A DNA stretch of 62,956 nucleotides, the filler included. It is 6 parts of 6 records of this genome, joined end to end, with 100 filler letters (N's around TTAATTAATTAA, not from the genome) between each part and the next. Parts side by side here need not be neighbours in the genome. Positions count along the whole stretch, not along the records: positions 1 to 25,841 come from SRR20825006_2620; 5 more parts are not named here. One strand, written 5' to 3'. Both the position numbers and the translations under genes were made by a program. The notes beneath the pieces were generated by a model that saw nothing but the letters and a program-made list of their open reading frames with translations, did no database searches and was not told where the DNA came from. Positions 1 to 8,925 of this stretch are shown one piece after another. Positions within the stretch are counted from its first letter, which is position 1; every line of letters starts with the position of its first letter.

Positions 1-1
1 C

Positions 2-169
2 GCAAGCTGTGCCTTCATGTTGCCGGTGGCCACCGGGCCAAACGCAGTGGTGTTCTCTACCGGGCATATTCATGTGCCGGATATGATGCGCGCAGGCCTT
101 TGGCTCAACATCCTTGGCACCTTCGTGGTGGCAACGCTGTGTTACCTCTTGCTACCGCTTATTTTCTAG
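2..169 (+). CDS. SLC13/DASS family Na+-coupled anion symporter, C-terminal fragment (5' truncated)
   Basis: Frame from nt 2 reads [32 protein letters not shown]...LIF*; [12 protein letters not shown] is the DASS C-terminal signature. Not in ORF track. Confidence 0.85.
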   Translation, partial: ASCAFMLPVATGPNAVVFSTGHIHVPDMMRAGLWLNILGTFVVATLCYLLLPLIF

Positions 170-1072
170 GCCAAGCGCGGCGCGGTCCTGTTCAAAAAGC
201 GCCCTCAGTTCTGCAGCTTCTGCTGCAGGCAATTTGGGTGGTTGTTTGTTGGAAAAACCTGCCAGCGGAGCGAATAGATATTTGCGCATTTTAGGGCGCA
301 GGTGCCGCTGCCGTGCATGCGGGGCAATGCTACTGAACAAACGGTTGAGCAGGCGGTAAGCCGCCAACACACCACCGCCCACTGAAGGGTTCTGGTTATA
401 TTCAGTGGCATTGAAATCCGGCAGTGCTGGTGCATACCGCCCAAAGGTGGCGCGTATCGTATCCGCAGGTTTATCCTTGAGCGCCGCGTGATCAAAAATG
501 CGCACATTCTCATCACCAAAAGCCACCTTCAGGCTCGCCACCAAAGGGCACCAACTGATATCGCCATGCCTGACATGCGCGCAAAAATCCTTAAGGGTCA
601 GCGCCCCGCCTTTGCGCACATATTGCACATAGTAGGATGGCAGGAAGCTCTCAAAGCTGCGGGTGAAATAGATGACGTCAACGTCATAGTCCTCAAACAA
701 GCGCTTCAATTCAGCCACCCATTTTGCATGATGTGGGAAAAATCCGGCCTTGTCGGCATGATAGGGCTCCCCAAGTAACGACTCGTTCGACAGCAGCAGG
801 CTGTGCGCACCACTTTTTTCAAAGAGGGTGTTCAACCTGGCCCTTGCTGCCGCAAACGCCGCCTCGGGCTTCGATCGTGTTCGCATCTGCACCAGATGGG
901 TGTGCAGCATGTCTACCTTGCCGTGCTGGATCATGCGCTCAGGATAGACAATGCCCGCACGTTCTAGTGCGCCCGTGTTCTCTGCGAGATAATATTGCAG
1001 GCTGGTGGAGCCGGTTTTGGGCGCCCCCAAGTGCAGGATAATACGGCGCCTGTCTCCCGGCGTGGTTGTCAC
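152..1072 (-). CDS. Sulfotransferase-like (P-loop/PAPS-binding fold) hypothetical protein
   Basis: N-terminal [34 protein letters not shown] start overlaps the upstream gene's stop (GTGA). Confidence 0.7.
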   Translation of the reverse strand: MTTTPGDRRRIILHLGAPKTGSTSLQYYLAENTGALERAGIVYPERMIQHGKVDMLHTHLVQMRTRSKPEAAFAAARARLNTLFEKSGAHSLLLSNESLLGEPYHADKAGFFPHHAKWVAELKRLFEDYDVDVIYFTRSFESFLPSYYVQYVRKGGALTLKDFCAHVRHGDISWCPLVASLKVAFGDENVRIFDHAALKDKPADTIRATFGRYAPALPDFNATEYNQNPSVGGGVLAAYRLLNRLFSSIAPHARQRHLRPKMRKYLFAPLAGFSNKQPPKLPAAEAAELRALFEQDRAALGLENKR

Positions 1073-2037
1073 GCCCAGACCTCCCGGCTCAGTCCGACAA
1101 GTGGGTGGTTGAGGAAACGCGCGTTCTCCGCCTTGAGGTCACTCACAAGCGCCTGCCGCTCATCGCCTGTGAAGGTGAACCGCATAGGCATGGCAAGCGC
1201 TGCCTTAAGCACCGCGATCTCGTAATCCCCCGCGCCGAGCAGGTCTTGCACCAATTCAGGGGTCGGCTTATCTGCTTTCCTCAGCGCCGGGAACAGAACG
1301 TCCCGTCGCCATGCGATATCAAGCCCCATGCCTGTACGGTTCATGGCCAGCAGAAGCGACAGCCCGTCTTCGCCAAAGCGGCTGTTGCCTGAACGCAGGC
1401 CCCCGCCTTCAAGGGTCAAACCCTCAAGCTCGAGGAAGCGCAGCAAATGGTCGGTTTTACCGTCTTGCGGCCAAGCTTCCAGCACGTCGATCTTGGCATG
1501 TTCGTCTATGCCATGGCGCTCAAACGCTGTCGCCATGCGGTGCCATGACATCTCGCCCGGTTTGAACCGCGCGGCAAAATCCTTAAAGTCTTCCCTGAGC
1601 CCAAACGCCACCCGAAAACCGTAAGCGGATTCGATGAAATTATCCTGCCGGCGCACAATCAATCTTGGATGCACTTCAGCGGCTTTTTTCAGCCGCGACA
1701 GTGCCCGGCAAAACTGATCGAACTTTTCGTAAAACCCGTGACCCAAATGGCCGGGCATGATGCCCATCAGGTTCTCTTCGCTGATCAGGATAGTGTCGGC
1801 CGGAAGTGTGGCAAGTGTGGCGGAAATTCGCGCCACAGCCATTTGGCTGCTTGGTTTCCAAAACCGATACTCATAAAGGCGGTTTACCGGCATTTTTTGA
1901 GCCTCAGAGGCCAAATCTTCGCGTAAATATAATGCCACATTTTGCGCCTCAATCTCGCCCCGGTTTCGCCGCAGCAAAGCTTGGGTCGCAGACGATGCAC
2001 AACGGTGCGCGCCCATATGAACAATCAGCTTTTTCAT
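1069..2037 (-). CDS. Sulfotransferase-like hypothetical protein (variant loop HMGAHRCASS)
   Basis: IVHMGAHRCASSATQ, ILISEENLMG, VRRQDNFIESAY; start placed at MKKLIVH (track start 2079). Confidence 0.65.
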   Translation of the reverse strand: MKKLIVHMGAHRCASSATQALLRRNRGEIEAQNVALYLREDLASEAQKMPVNRLYEYRFWKPSSQMAVARISATLATLPADTILISEENLMGIMPGHLGHGFYEKFDQFCRALSRLKKAAEVHPRLIVRRQDNFIESAYGFRVAFGLREDFKDFAARFKPGEMSWHRMATAFERHGIDEHAKIDVLEAWPQDGKTDHLLRFLELEGLTLEGGGLRSGNSRFGEDGLSLLLAMNRTGMGLDIAWRRDVLFPALRKADKPTPELVQDLLGAGDYEIAVLKAALAMPMRFTFTGDERQALVSDLKAENARFLNHPLVGLSREVWA

Positions 2038-2160
2038 GGCCCTTTTCTTGTCACCCTGATGCGCATTTGTCCATCGCACAAAAAATCTTGTCTGAGGAAG
2101 CGCTGAAAACAGCCACTAAATCATAGACTCTCACCCCTCAGGCACCATATAAGCAGCGCC

Positions 2161-2982
2161 ATGAGCTGCAATTTGCATACACGCCGTTTCCTGAAGATGC
2201 AGGGCCTCGGCAATGACTTTGTCATTTTTGACGCGAGGGAGCGTGAGCTTTCCTTGTCAGACGACGCTGTGCGCCATATCGCAAGCAGGCGGCGCGGTGT
2301 CGGATGTGACCAGCTTATCATCATGCGCGCGGCGGAAGACGCTGATATCTTTATGGAAATCAGAAATGCTGACGGCAGCCGTGTTGGCGCCTGCGGTAAC
2401 GCAACCCGCTGTGTTGGCCGCCTGATGCTGGATGAAACAGGCAAAAGCTCGGTCTCTATCCGCACTGATGCCGGGCTATTGAGCGCCAAACGCGCAGGCA
2501 GTGGCATTAGCGTAAACATGGGCCCGGCACGACTTGAGTGGAGCGAAATTCCCCTTGCCCGCCAGATGGATACAGTGAAGGCCGACTTCACGCTTGGCCC
2601 GCTCTCAAACCCTGTTTGTGTGAACATGGGCAACCCGCATGCGGTGTTTTTTGTGCCTGATGTAGACGCTGTGGACCTCGAAACCTATGGCCCACAGATC
2701 GAGACAGACCCGCTGTTCCCTGAGCGCGTGAATGTTTCCATCGCTCACATCCGGGACGGTATCATCCGCCAGCGGGTGTGGGAACGCGGTGCGGGCATCA
2801 CCGAAGCGTGCGGCTCAGGCGCCTGTGCGGGCGCTGTTGCTGCCGCCCGGCTGGGGCTCGCGGGGCGCAAATCAACCGTACAGCTTGACGGCGGGCCGCT
2901 TGAGATCGAATGGCTTGAGGACGGCACGGTACAGATGACCGGCAGCGCCACCCTCGCTTTTGAAGGGGAACTTTCCCTGTGA
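2161..2982 (+). CDS. dapF: Diaminopimelate epimerase
   Basis: KMQGLGNDF, GACGNATRC, NMGNPH, ERGAGITEACGSG. Confidence 0.97.
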   Translation: MSCNLHTRRFLKMQGLGNDFVIFDARERELSLSDDAVRHIASRRRGVGCDQLIIMRAAEDADIFMEIRNADGSRVGACGNATRCVGRLMLDETGKSSVSIRTDAGLLSAKRAGSGISVNMGPARLEWSEIPLARQMDTVKADFTLGPLSNPVCVNMGNPHAVFFVPDVDAVDLETYGPQIETDPLFPERVNVSIAHIRDGIIRQRVWERGAGITEACGSGACAGAVAAARLGLAGRKSTVQLDGGPLEIEWLEDGTVQMTGSATLAFEGELSL

Positions 2983-4271
2983 GCACCAAGCCAGATATCG
3001 TCACCTTTGGTTGCCGCCTCAACGCTTATGAAAGCGAGGTGATGCGCCGCCATGCGGAAGACGCAGGCCTTGATGATGTCATCATCGTCAACACCTGCGC
3101 CGTAACGGCTGAAGCCACCCGGCAGGCGCGCCAATCTATTCGCAAAATGAAGCGGGAGCGCCCGGATACGCCAATTATCGTGACCGGCTGCGCCGCGCAG
3201 ATCGACCCAACGCAGTTCTCGAAAATGCCTGAGGTCGCGACCGTGATCGGGAACCAGGAAAAGCTGGAAGCCAAAAGTTTTGTTGGCCTAAACCGCGCGG
3301 GGTTTGACCTCTCAAACGCGCCGCGCGTGCAGGTCAACGATATTTTTTCTGTCAAGGAAACCGCTGGCCACCTGATCGACGGTTTTGGCGAACGCGCGCG
3401 CGCATTTGTGCAAATCCAGAACGGCTGCAACCACCGCTGTACCTTCTGCATTATCCCCTATGGCCGCGGTAACAGCCGCTCTGTCGCCATGGGTGAAGTG
3501 GTGGACCAGATCAAACGGCTGGTGGATAAGGGTTTCAAGGAAGTCGTGCTCACAGGAGTGGATATCACCAGCTTTGGTGAAGACCTGCCGGGCACGCCAA
3601 CCCTTGGTCAGCTTGTGCAAAAGATCGTTAAGCTGGTGCCTGACCTGCCGCGCCTGCGTATCTCTTCGATCGATAGTATTGAGGTGGACGAGCCCCTATA
3701 CGATGCCATCATCCATGAACCGCGCGTGATGCCACACCTGCACCTGAGCCTTCAGGCGGGTGATGACATGATCCTCAAACGCATGAAACGCAGGCATTTG
3801 CGCGGTGACGCGATCGAGTTCACCAACCGCGTGCGCACTGAGCGCCCGGATATGGTGTTTGGTGCAGATATCATCGCGGGTTTCCCGACAGAAACCGAAG
3901 AGATGTTCCAGAACAGCCTGAGGCTGATCGAGGAATGTGACCTCACATGGCTGCATATCTTCCCTTATTCGGAACGCGAAGGCACGCCCGCCGCGCGCAT
4001 CCCCAACAAGGTACCCAAGGCCGTACGCAAGGAACGCGCCGCCCGCCTGCGGGCCGCCGGTGACAAGCGTGTTGCAGATCTGTTCAAGCGCGCCGAAGGC
4101 ACCGCAGCCAACGTGCTGGTGGAACGCATCGGCCATGACGGTGAAGCCGTAGGCCACTCGGAACAGTTCATCCCCGTGGTGATCAATGCAGCAGCCGAGC
4201 CCGGTGATATTGTGCCCGTGCGCTTGACCAAACGCGATGAAAACGCCATGACCGGCATCAAACCAGATTAA
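2979..4271 (+). CDS. mtaB: tRNA t6A37 methylthiotransferase MtaB
   Basis: TFGCRLNAYE, NTCAVT, radical SAM CNHRCTFC, C-terminal TRAM-like end; dapF-mtaB-ftsY order. Confidence 0.93.
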   Translation: MSTKPDIVTFGCRLNAYESEVMRRHAEDAGLDDVIIVNTCAVTAEATRQARQSIRKMKRERPDTPIIVTGCAAQIDPTQFSKMPEVATVIGNQEKLEAKSFVGLNRAGFDLSNAPRVQVNDIFSVKETAGHLIDGFGERARAFVQIQNGCNHRCTFCIIPYGRGNSRSVAMGEVVDQIKRLVDKGFKEVVLTGVDITSFGEDLPGTPTLGQLVQKIVKLVPDLPRLRISSIDSIEVDEPLYDAIIHEPRVMPHLHLSLQAGDDMILKRMKRRHLRGDAIEFTNRVRTERPDMVFGADIIAGFPTETEEMFQNSLRLIEECDLTWLHIFPYSEREGTPAARIPNKVPKAVRKERAARLRAAGDKRVADLFKRAEGTAANVLVERIGHDGEAVGHSEQFIPVVINAAAEPGDIVPVRLTKRDENAMTGIKPD

Positions 4272-4286
4272 ACCTCAGGGACTTTT

Positions 4287-5405
4287 ATGGCAGACGAGAA
4301 AAAAGGCTGGTTTCAGCGCCTTCGCGGCAAGAAAGACGAGGCGGTAGAGGCCCCGACGGAAGAAACGCCTGCTGAAGAAACCGAAGCGCCGAGCCCTGAG
4401 CCTGCTCCGGCAGAACCGGAGGTGGCGGGCCCGCCTGAGCCAGCGTCCGAACCAGCATCTGAGCCTATACCTGCGCCTCAGGAAAAGAAAAGCTGGTTCC
4501 AGCGCCTCAAGGCAGGCCTGAGGAAATCCACCAGCGCGATCTCCGGCGGCATTGGCGATATCTTCACCAAAGCCAAGCTGGATGACGATACGCTTGAGGA
4601 ACTTGAAGACCTTCTGATCACTTCAGACCTCGGTGTTTCTGTCGCTTCCAAGCTCACGCAGGCGCTGGCCAAAGGCCGCTATGATAAGGAAATCTCCGGC
4701 GAGGAAGTGAAGCAGGTTCTGGCGGATGAGGTAGAGAAAATCCTCAAGCCGGTTGCCAAACCACTGGTGATCAACAGCGCCAACAAACCGCACATCATCC
4801 TGATGGCGGGTGTGAACGGCGCGGGTAAAACAACCACCATCGGCAAGCTTGCCAAAAAATTCACGGAAGACGGCAAATCCGTCATGCTCGCGGCGGGTGA
4901 TACATTCCGCGCGGCAGCCGTTGAACAGCTTCAGGTGTGGGGTGATAGGAACGGCGTGCCGGTGGTTACCAAAGAGATCGGCGCGGATGCCGCTGCCCTT
5001 GCGTTTGAGGCCGTTGAACGCGCGACGCGTGAGGGTACGGACGTGCTACTCATCGACACCGCTGGTCGCCTGCAAAACCGGGACGAGTTGATGGCCGAGC
5101 TTGCCAAAGTTGTGCGTGTAATCGGCAAAAAAGTTGACGGCGCGCCGCATGATACGGTGATCGTGCTGGATGCCACCACGGGCCAAAACGCGGTGCATCA
5201 GGTGGAAGTCTTCCAGAAGCTTGCCAATATTTCCGGCATTGTGATGACAAAGCTGGACGGCTCCGCCCGCGGCGGTGTGCTGGTGGCGTGTGCCGAGAAG
5301 TTCGGCCTGCCCGTGCATGCCATCGGTGTTGGTGAAGCGATTGAAGACCTGCAGCCTTTTGATGCACGCGAATTCGCCCGCGCGCTGGTTGGGATTGAGG
5401 ATTGA
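4287..5405 (+). CDS. ftsY: SRP receptor FtsY
   Basis: GVNGAGKTTTIGKLA, DTFRAAA, DTAGRLQN, TKLDGSARGG; acidic Pro-rich N-terminus. Confidence 0.97.
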   Translation: MADEKKGWFQRLRGKKDEAVEAPTEETPAEETEAPSPEPAPAEPEVAGPPEPASEPASEPIPAPQEKKSWFQRLKAGLRKSTSAISGGIGDIFTKAKLDDDTLEELEDLLITSDLGVSVASKLTQALAKGRYDKEISGEEVKQVLADEVEKILKPVAKPLVINSANKPHIILMAGVNGAGKTTTIGKLAKKFTEDGKSVMLAAGDTFRAAAVEQLQVWGDRNGVPVVTKEIGADAAALAFEAVERATREGTDVLLIDTAGRLQNRDELMAELAKVVRVIGKKVDGAPHDTVIVLDATTGQNAVHQVEVFQKLANISGIVMTKLDGSARGGVLVACAEKFGLPVHAIGVGEAIEDLQPFDAREFARALVGIED

Positions 5406-5511
5406 GAGCCTTATAACTATTCTGGCCCCTCTTCTTCCTATTGTGGAGAAAACAACAAAAACGCCATTCTTTTAGGCTTCGGCGAACGCACTATATCTGC
5501 TGGAACTTTTA

Positions 5512-6876
5512 TTGATGTTTGAAAATTGTTACCTTCATATCGGAGCCGATAAAACAGGCAGTTCAAGCCTGCAGGTAAACCTGTACAGGTCTCGGGACGA
5601 GTTACACGAGAACGGTTTTCTTTATCCCAAAAACCTTGAAAATCATATTTTTCTGGCAACCGCGTTCCTCAGCGACGCGCACAAGCTTCACCATCATATA
5701 TCAGGTGGCAGAACGGATCCGGCCGCTATTGCCAACTATCTCACAAACGAACTAACCAGATTTGAAAACGAGGTGAGTGAAAGCTCCGCCCATACTCTCT
5801 TGATTTCCAGTGAGCAATTAAGCTTTGTCGAAAATTTGGATATCCAAGGCCTTCGCGATTACCTGAGCCGGTTTGCCCGGAACATACATATCATTCTCTA
5901 TATCCGTGAACCTGTCTCACATGCGACATCGTCACTTCAGCAAGCCATTAAATCCGGCCTAAGTACTTTTCAAAATTATGACTACACCTTCCTTGGGGCT
6001 CAAACCGCACGGGCGTATACTCAGGTCTTCGGAAAAGAAAACATGATCGTGCGTCCGTTTGAACGGCAACAGCTTTCAAACGGCGATATCTGGGACGATT
6101 ACTGTTCTCTCGTAGGGCTAGACAGCAACATTACTCCTCCCAGCAAACGTATAGAAACCAATGAGGCGGTGTCGTTTGAGGGCTTGGCAATAGCGGAAGC
6201 TCTGTACCGCCAGTTCCCCTTAACCACATCAGATGGTGGTTGGAACCGTGAAGTCGCAAAACGTAACGAGTTTCATAATATCGCGGGGAGAAAGTTTGAG
6301 CTGCCATTGGCGGTTAGAGAAGAAATTTTTGAAGCCAGCCGAGCCGACTTAGGCTATCTAGAGAGAGAATTTTCCCTTTCTCTTCCCCAGCCTGATTTTA
6401 CATCAGATGCCAGTTCACCTTGGGCACAGCCAACTATTAATAGCATTGCCCTAAGGCTCAACGAGCTTCAAATAACCGTAGAAAAGCTGTCCGTAGCGCT
6501 CTTGGTGAAACACGGTGATATCGCAGCAATGCAAGGAGAAAACCTTGAAGCTGTTAAATTCTACGTCAACGCCCTGGAGCGATCGCCCACAGAGGCATCA
6601 GTGTTAGCAAAAATCTACAACCTTATCCTCAAACACCCTGAAGTTAATTTCAACCTTACAGCACTTTGTGAAAAATTCGTTCACCAGAACCCTGGTGATA
6701 TAAGGTTTATAGAAATTGCCTGCGCATCCTATTTTCGCATCGGAAATACCGAACAGGCAAAAGCGTTGGCATCACAGCTACTTTCTCAAGACGCGCACAA
6801 TAAAACCGCCAAAACCATCAAGTCCGCAATTGAAAAGAGAGAACGGATAAATTCTACACAATCCGATAACACCTGA
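5512..6876 (+). CDS. Sulfotransferase-like domain protein with C-terminal TPR-like repeats
   Basis: LHIGADKTGSSSLQ, LISSEQL, YIREP; helical TPR-like tail (AVKFYVNALERSP; YFRIGNTEQAKALA); visibly more AT-rich than flanks. Confidence 0.65.
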   Translation: MMFENCYLHIGADKTGSSSLQVNLYRSRDELHENGFLYPKNLENHIFLATAFLSDAHKLHHHISGGRTDPAAIANYLTNELTRFENEVSESSAHTLLISSEQLSFVENLDIQGLRDYLSRFARNIHIILYIREPVSHATSSLQQAIKSGLSTFQNYDYTFLGAQTARAYTQVFGKENMIVRPFERQQLSNGDIWDDYCSLVGLDSNITPPSKRIETNEAVSFEGLAIAEALYRQFPLTTSDGGWNREVAKRNEFHNIAGRKFELPLAVREEIFEASRADLGYLEREFSLSLPQPDFTSDASSPWAQPTINSIALRLNELQITVEKLSVALLVKHGDIAAMQGENLEAVKFYVNALERSPTEASVLAKIYNLILKHPEVNFNLTALCEKFVHQNPGDIRFIEIACASYFRIGNTEQAKALASQLLSQDAHNKTAKTIKSAIEKRERINSTQSDNT

Positions 6877-6923
6877 ACCTAAAATGCTCATCTTTGTAGC
6901 TGCAGGTTTGTGAGAATTAAGGA

Positions 6924-8273
6924 TTAGGCCTTATCCTCCGGCGTGCTGTTTTTATACCAGTCTACATTACGAGTGAGATACATCGAGGCAGCAAGCGCCA
7001 CGAACATCAGCGTAGTACCTGCAAGAAGCGCGAAATCTTCCATATTCAGCACACCATACAGGAAGCCAAGAAGCGCAGTTTGGGTAAGGCAAATGCCAAC
7101 CGTCCAACCACCTGATTTGGTGACCGAATAGGCATAGATGGTCACGAGCCCCACAATAAGCAGCGACGAGACGACATAAGCCGCCGTGAAGGCCATATGC
7201 TCCGCCAGCGACAAGAGGCCCATAAAAAACAGGCTAAGGGCAAGGCCGATCAGAATATATTGCACAGGGTGCACCTTGCGGCCCGAAACAACCTCAAACA
7301 GGTAGATCACCGCAAAGGTCAGCAGCACAAAAAGCGAACCGTATTTTACGCTGCGGTCTGTGAGGCTGTAGGTGTTGACGGGGTCAATAAAATTGACCGA
7401 CACAGTATTTGAGACTGGAAGCGGCATACTGCCCGCGAGTATCGGCCCGATGCCTTGCGCGAGGCGCAGCGTTTGCCACCTTGCCTCAAACCCTTCCGCT
7501 GTTACGGTGCGGTTAATTGGTGAAAAACGACCATGAAAACCCGGTGACGGCCAAGGTGAAGAAAGCTCGATATCGCTTGTGGTGCCGGAGGGCCAGATAT
7601 TGAGCGCTTCCATGCCGCGAAGGGAGAAACTGGCTTCCACAGCGAAGGTTGCGCCTGCGCCCATGCCTGCAGCCGAGGCATGCACCCCGCTTTGGTTGTG
7701 CTCAAGCCCAGTCGCGGGCTCAATAGGTACTGCCCTACCATTCACCGTCATCACAATGTCGCCCTGCAAGCCCTGCAGGTCACTGAGGTAAAGGCCAACG
7801 GTTGCCCCGCTCCAATCGAGCGCTGATTTTTCAACGCCCTGAAAATTTTCAGGAACAACGAAATCAGCGACCATGGTGAGGTTCGCCGTATAAACATTGC
7901 TGCTATAAAGCCCGAGGCTACGGCTTTCCACGTCTACCGCGCCTTTGGTGGTCAACTTCTCTGGTAATAGAACCAGTTGCCGCTTCAGCGTTACAAGCTC
8001 GCCGGTATTGCGAATTTTCTCAATTGCCTCATAGGGCACAATAAGGACAGGGCCACCAACGGTTTGTTCATGTCCCCAGATTTCACCAATTTTTATCTGG
8101 GCTTCACGGGCTCGTCCGGCGCGTTCATTCACCAGGCTACCAATCATCGAAAGCGGGATAAGCATGATCAACAGCATGAAACCGATAAGAACCGACTTCA
8201 CGCCATAGCCGTTAAGGAACTGCATAAAACGGCCACTTGTGTCGTTACTGTGGCTATCCCGGTTATCGCTCAT
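6924..8273 (-). CDS. creD: Inner membrane protein CreD
   Basis: GPVLIVPY, WPSPGFHGRFSP, RSVKYG, VHPVQYILIGLAL, LLSLAEH, TRNVDWY. Confidence 0.92.
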   Translation of the reverse strand: MSDNRDSHSNDTSGRFMQFLNGYGVKSVLIGFMLLIMLIPLSMIGSLVNERAGRAREAQIKIGEIWGHEQTVGGPVLIVPYEAIEKIRNTGELVTLKRQLVLLPEKLTTKGAVDVESRSLGLYSSNVYTANLTMVADFVVPENFQGVEKSALDWSGATVGLYLSDLQGLQGDIVMTVNGRAVPIEPATGLEHNQSGVHASAAGMGAGATFAVEASFSLRGMEALNIWPSGTTSDIELSSPWPSPGFHGRFSPINRTVTAEGFEARWQTLRLAQGIGPILAGSMPLPVSNTVSVNFIDPVNTYSLTDRSVKYGSLFVLLTFAVIYLFEVVSGRKVHPVQYILIGLALSLFFMGLLSLAEHMAFTAAYVVSSLLIVGLVTIYAYSVTKSGGWTVGICLTQTALLGFLYGVLNMEDFALLAGTTLMFVALAASMYLTRNVDWYKNSTPEDKA

Positions 8274-8339
8274 GATCTTAGTCTCCCGCCAAACTCCCTC
8301 AAGTTTGACAGATAAATCATGGCGTTTTCAAGACTTTGG

Positions 8340-8897
8340 CTAAGCTTCAGGCGTCTCCGGCAATGCTGGGCCCATACGGGCAAGAGTGCCGTCTTTGAGG
8401 ATAAGCGTGTGATAGAGCACCCCCACCAAATGCAAGCCCACGAGCGCACTCAACACATACCAACCATAAACATGGATTTCCTCAAACAGGTGGTGAAGGT
8501 CCATATCGCGCGCGAACGGTGTCGGGATCACGGTTGCGCCAAACACGGTGATGTCCCACCCAACGGTTAAAAGCGTGAACATGCCCGCCAGCACCACCAG
8601 AAAAATAAGCGCATATATAAGCCCGTGTGCCACTTGTGCTATTTTTGCAATATACGCGGGCGTGCCTTCCTCCGGCTTTGGCGTATCGCCTGAGAGGCGA
8701 ACACCAAGGCGCAGCAGCATGAAGGCAAAGATCAGCGTGCCAAATGACATATGCAAGCGGATAAGCTCGTTTTTATCGTCCCCGCGCGGCATATCTGCGA
8801 ACACAAGGCCGAGCACCGATTGCCCAATAAGCGCGATAGCCAGAACCCAGTGCAAGGTTTTTGCAGGCCAGCCATAAGCATGTTTGGTGTTTTTCAT
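8340..8897 (-). CDS. Cytochrome b561 (di-heme, 4 TM)
   Basis: YGWPAKTLHW, LHMSFG, FEEIH, GLHLVGVLYH..KDGTLARM. Confidence 0.9.
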   Translation of the reverse strand: MKNTKHAYGWPAKTLHWVLAIALIGQSVLGLVFADMPRGDDKNELIRLHMSFGTLIFAFMLLRLGVRLSGDTPKPEEGTPAYIAKIAQVAHGLIYALIFLVVLAGMFTLLTVGWDITVFGATVIPTPFARDMDLHHLFEEIHVYGWYVLSALVGLHLVGVLYHTLILKDGTLARMGPALPETPEA

Positions 8898-8925
8898 CGG
8901 TGCTCTCCCTTTATTTGCCAGCGGG

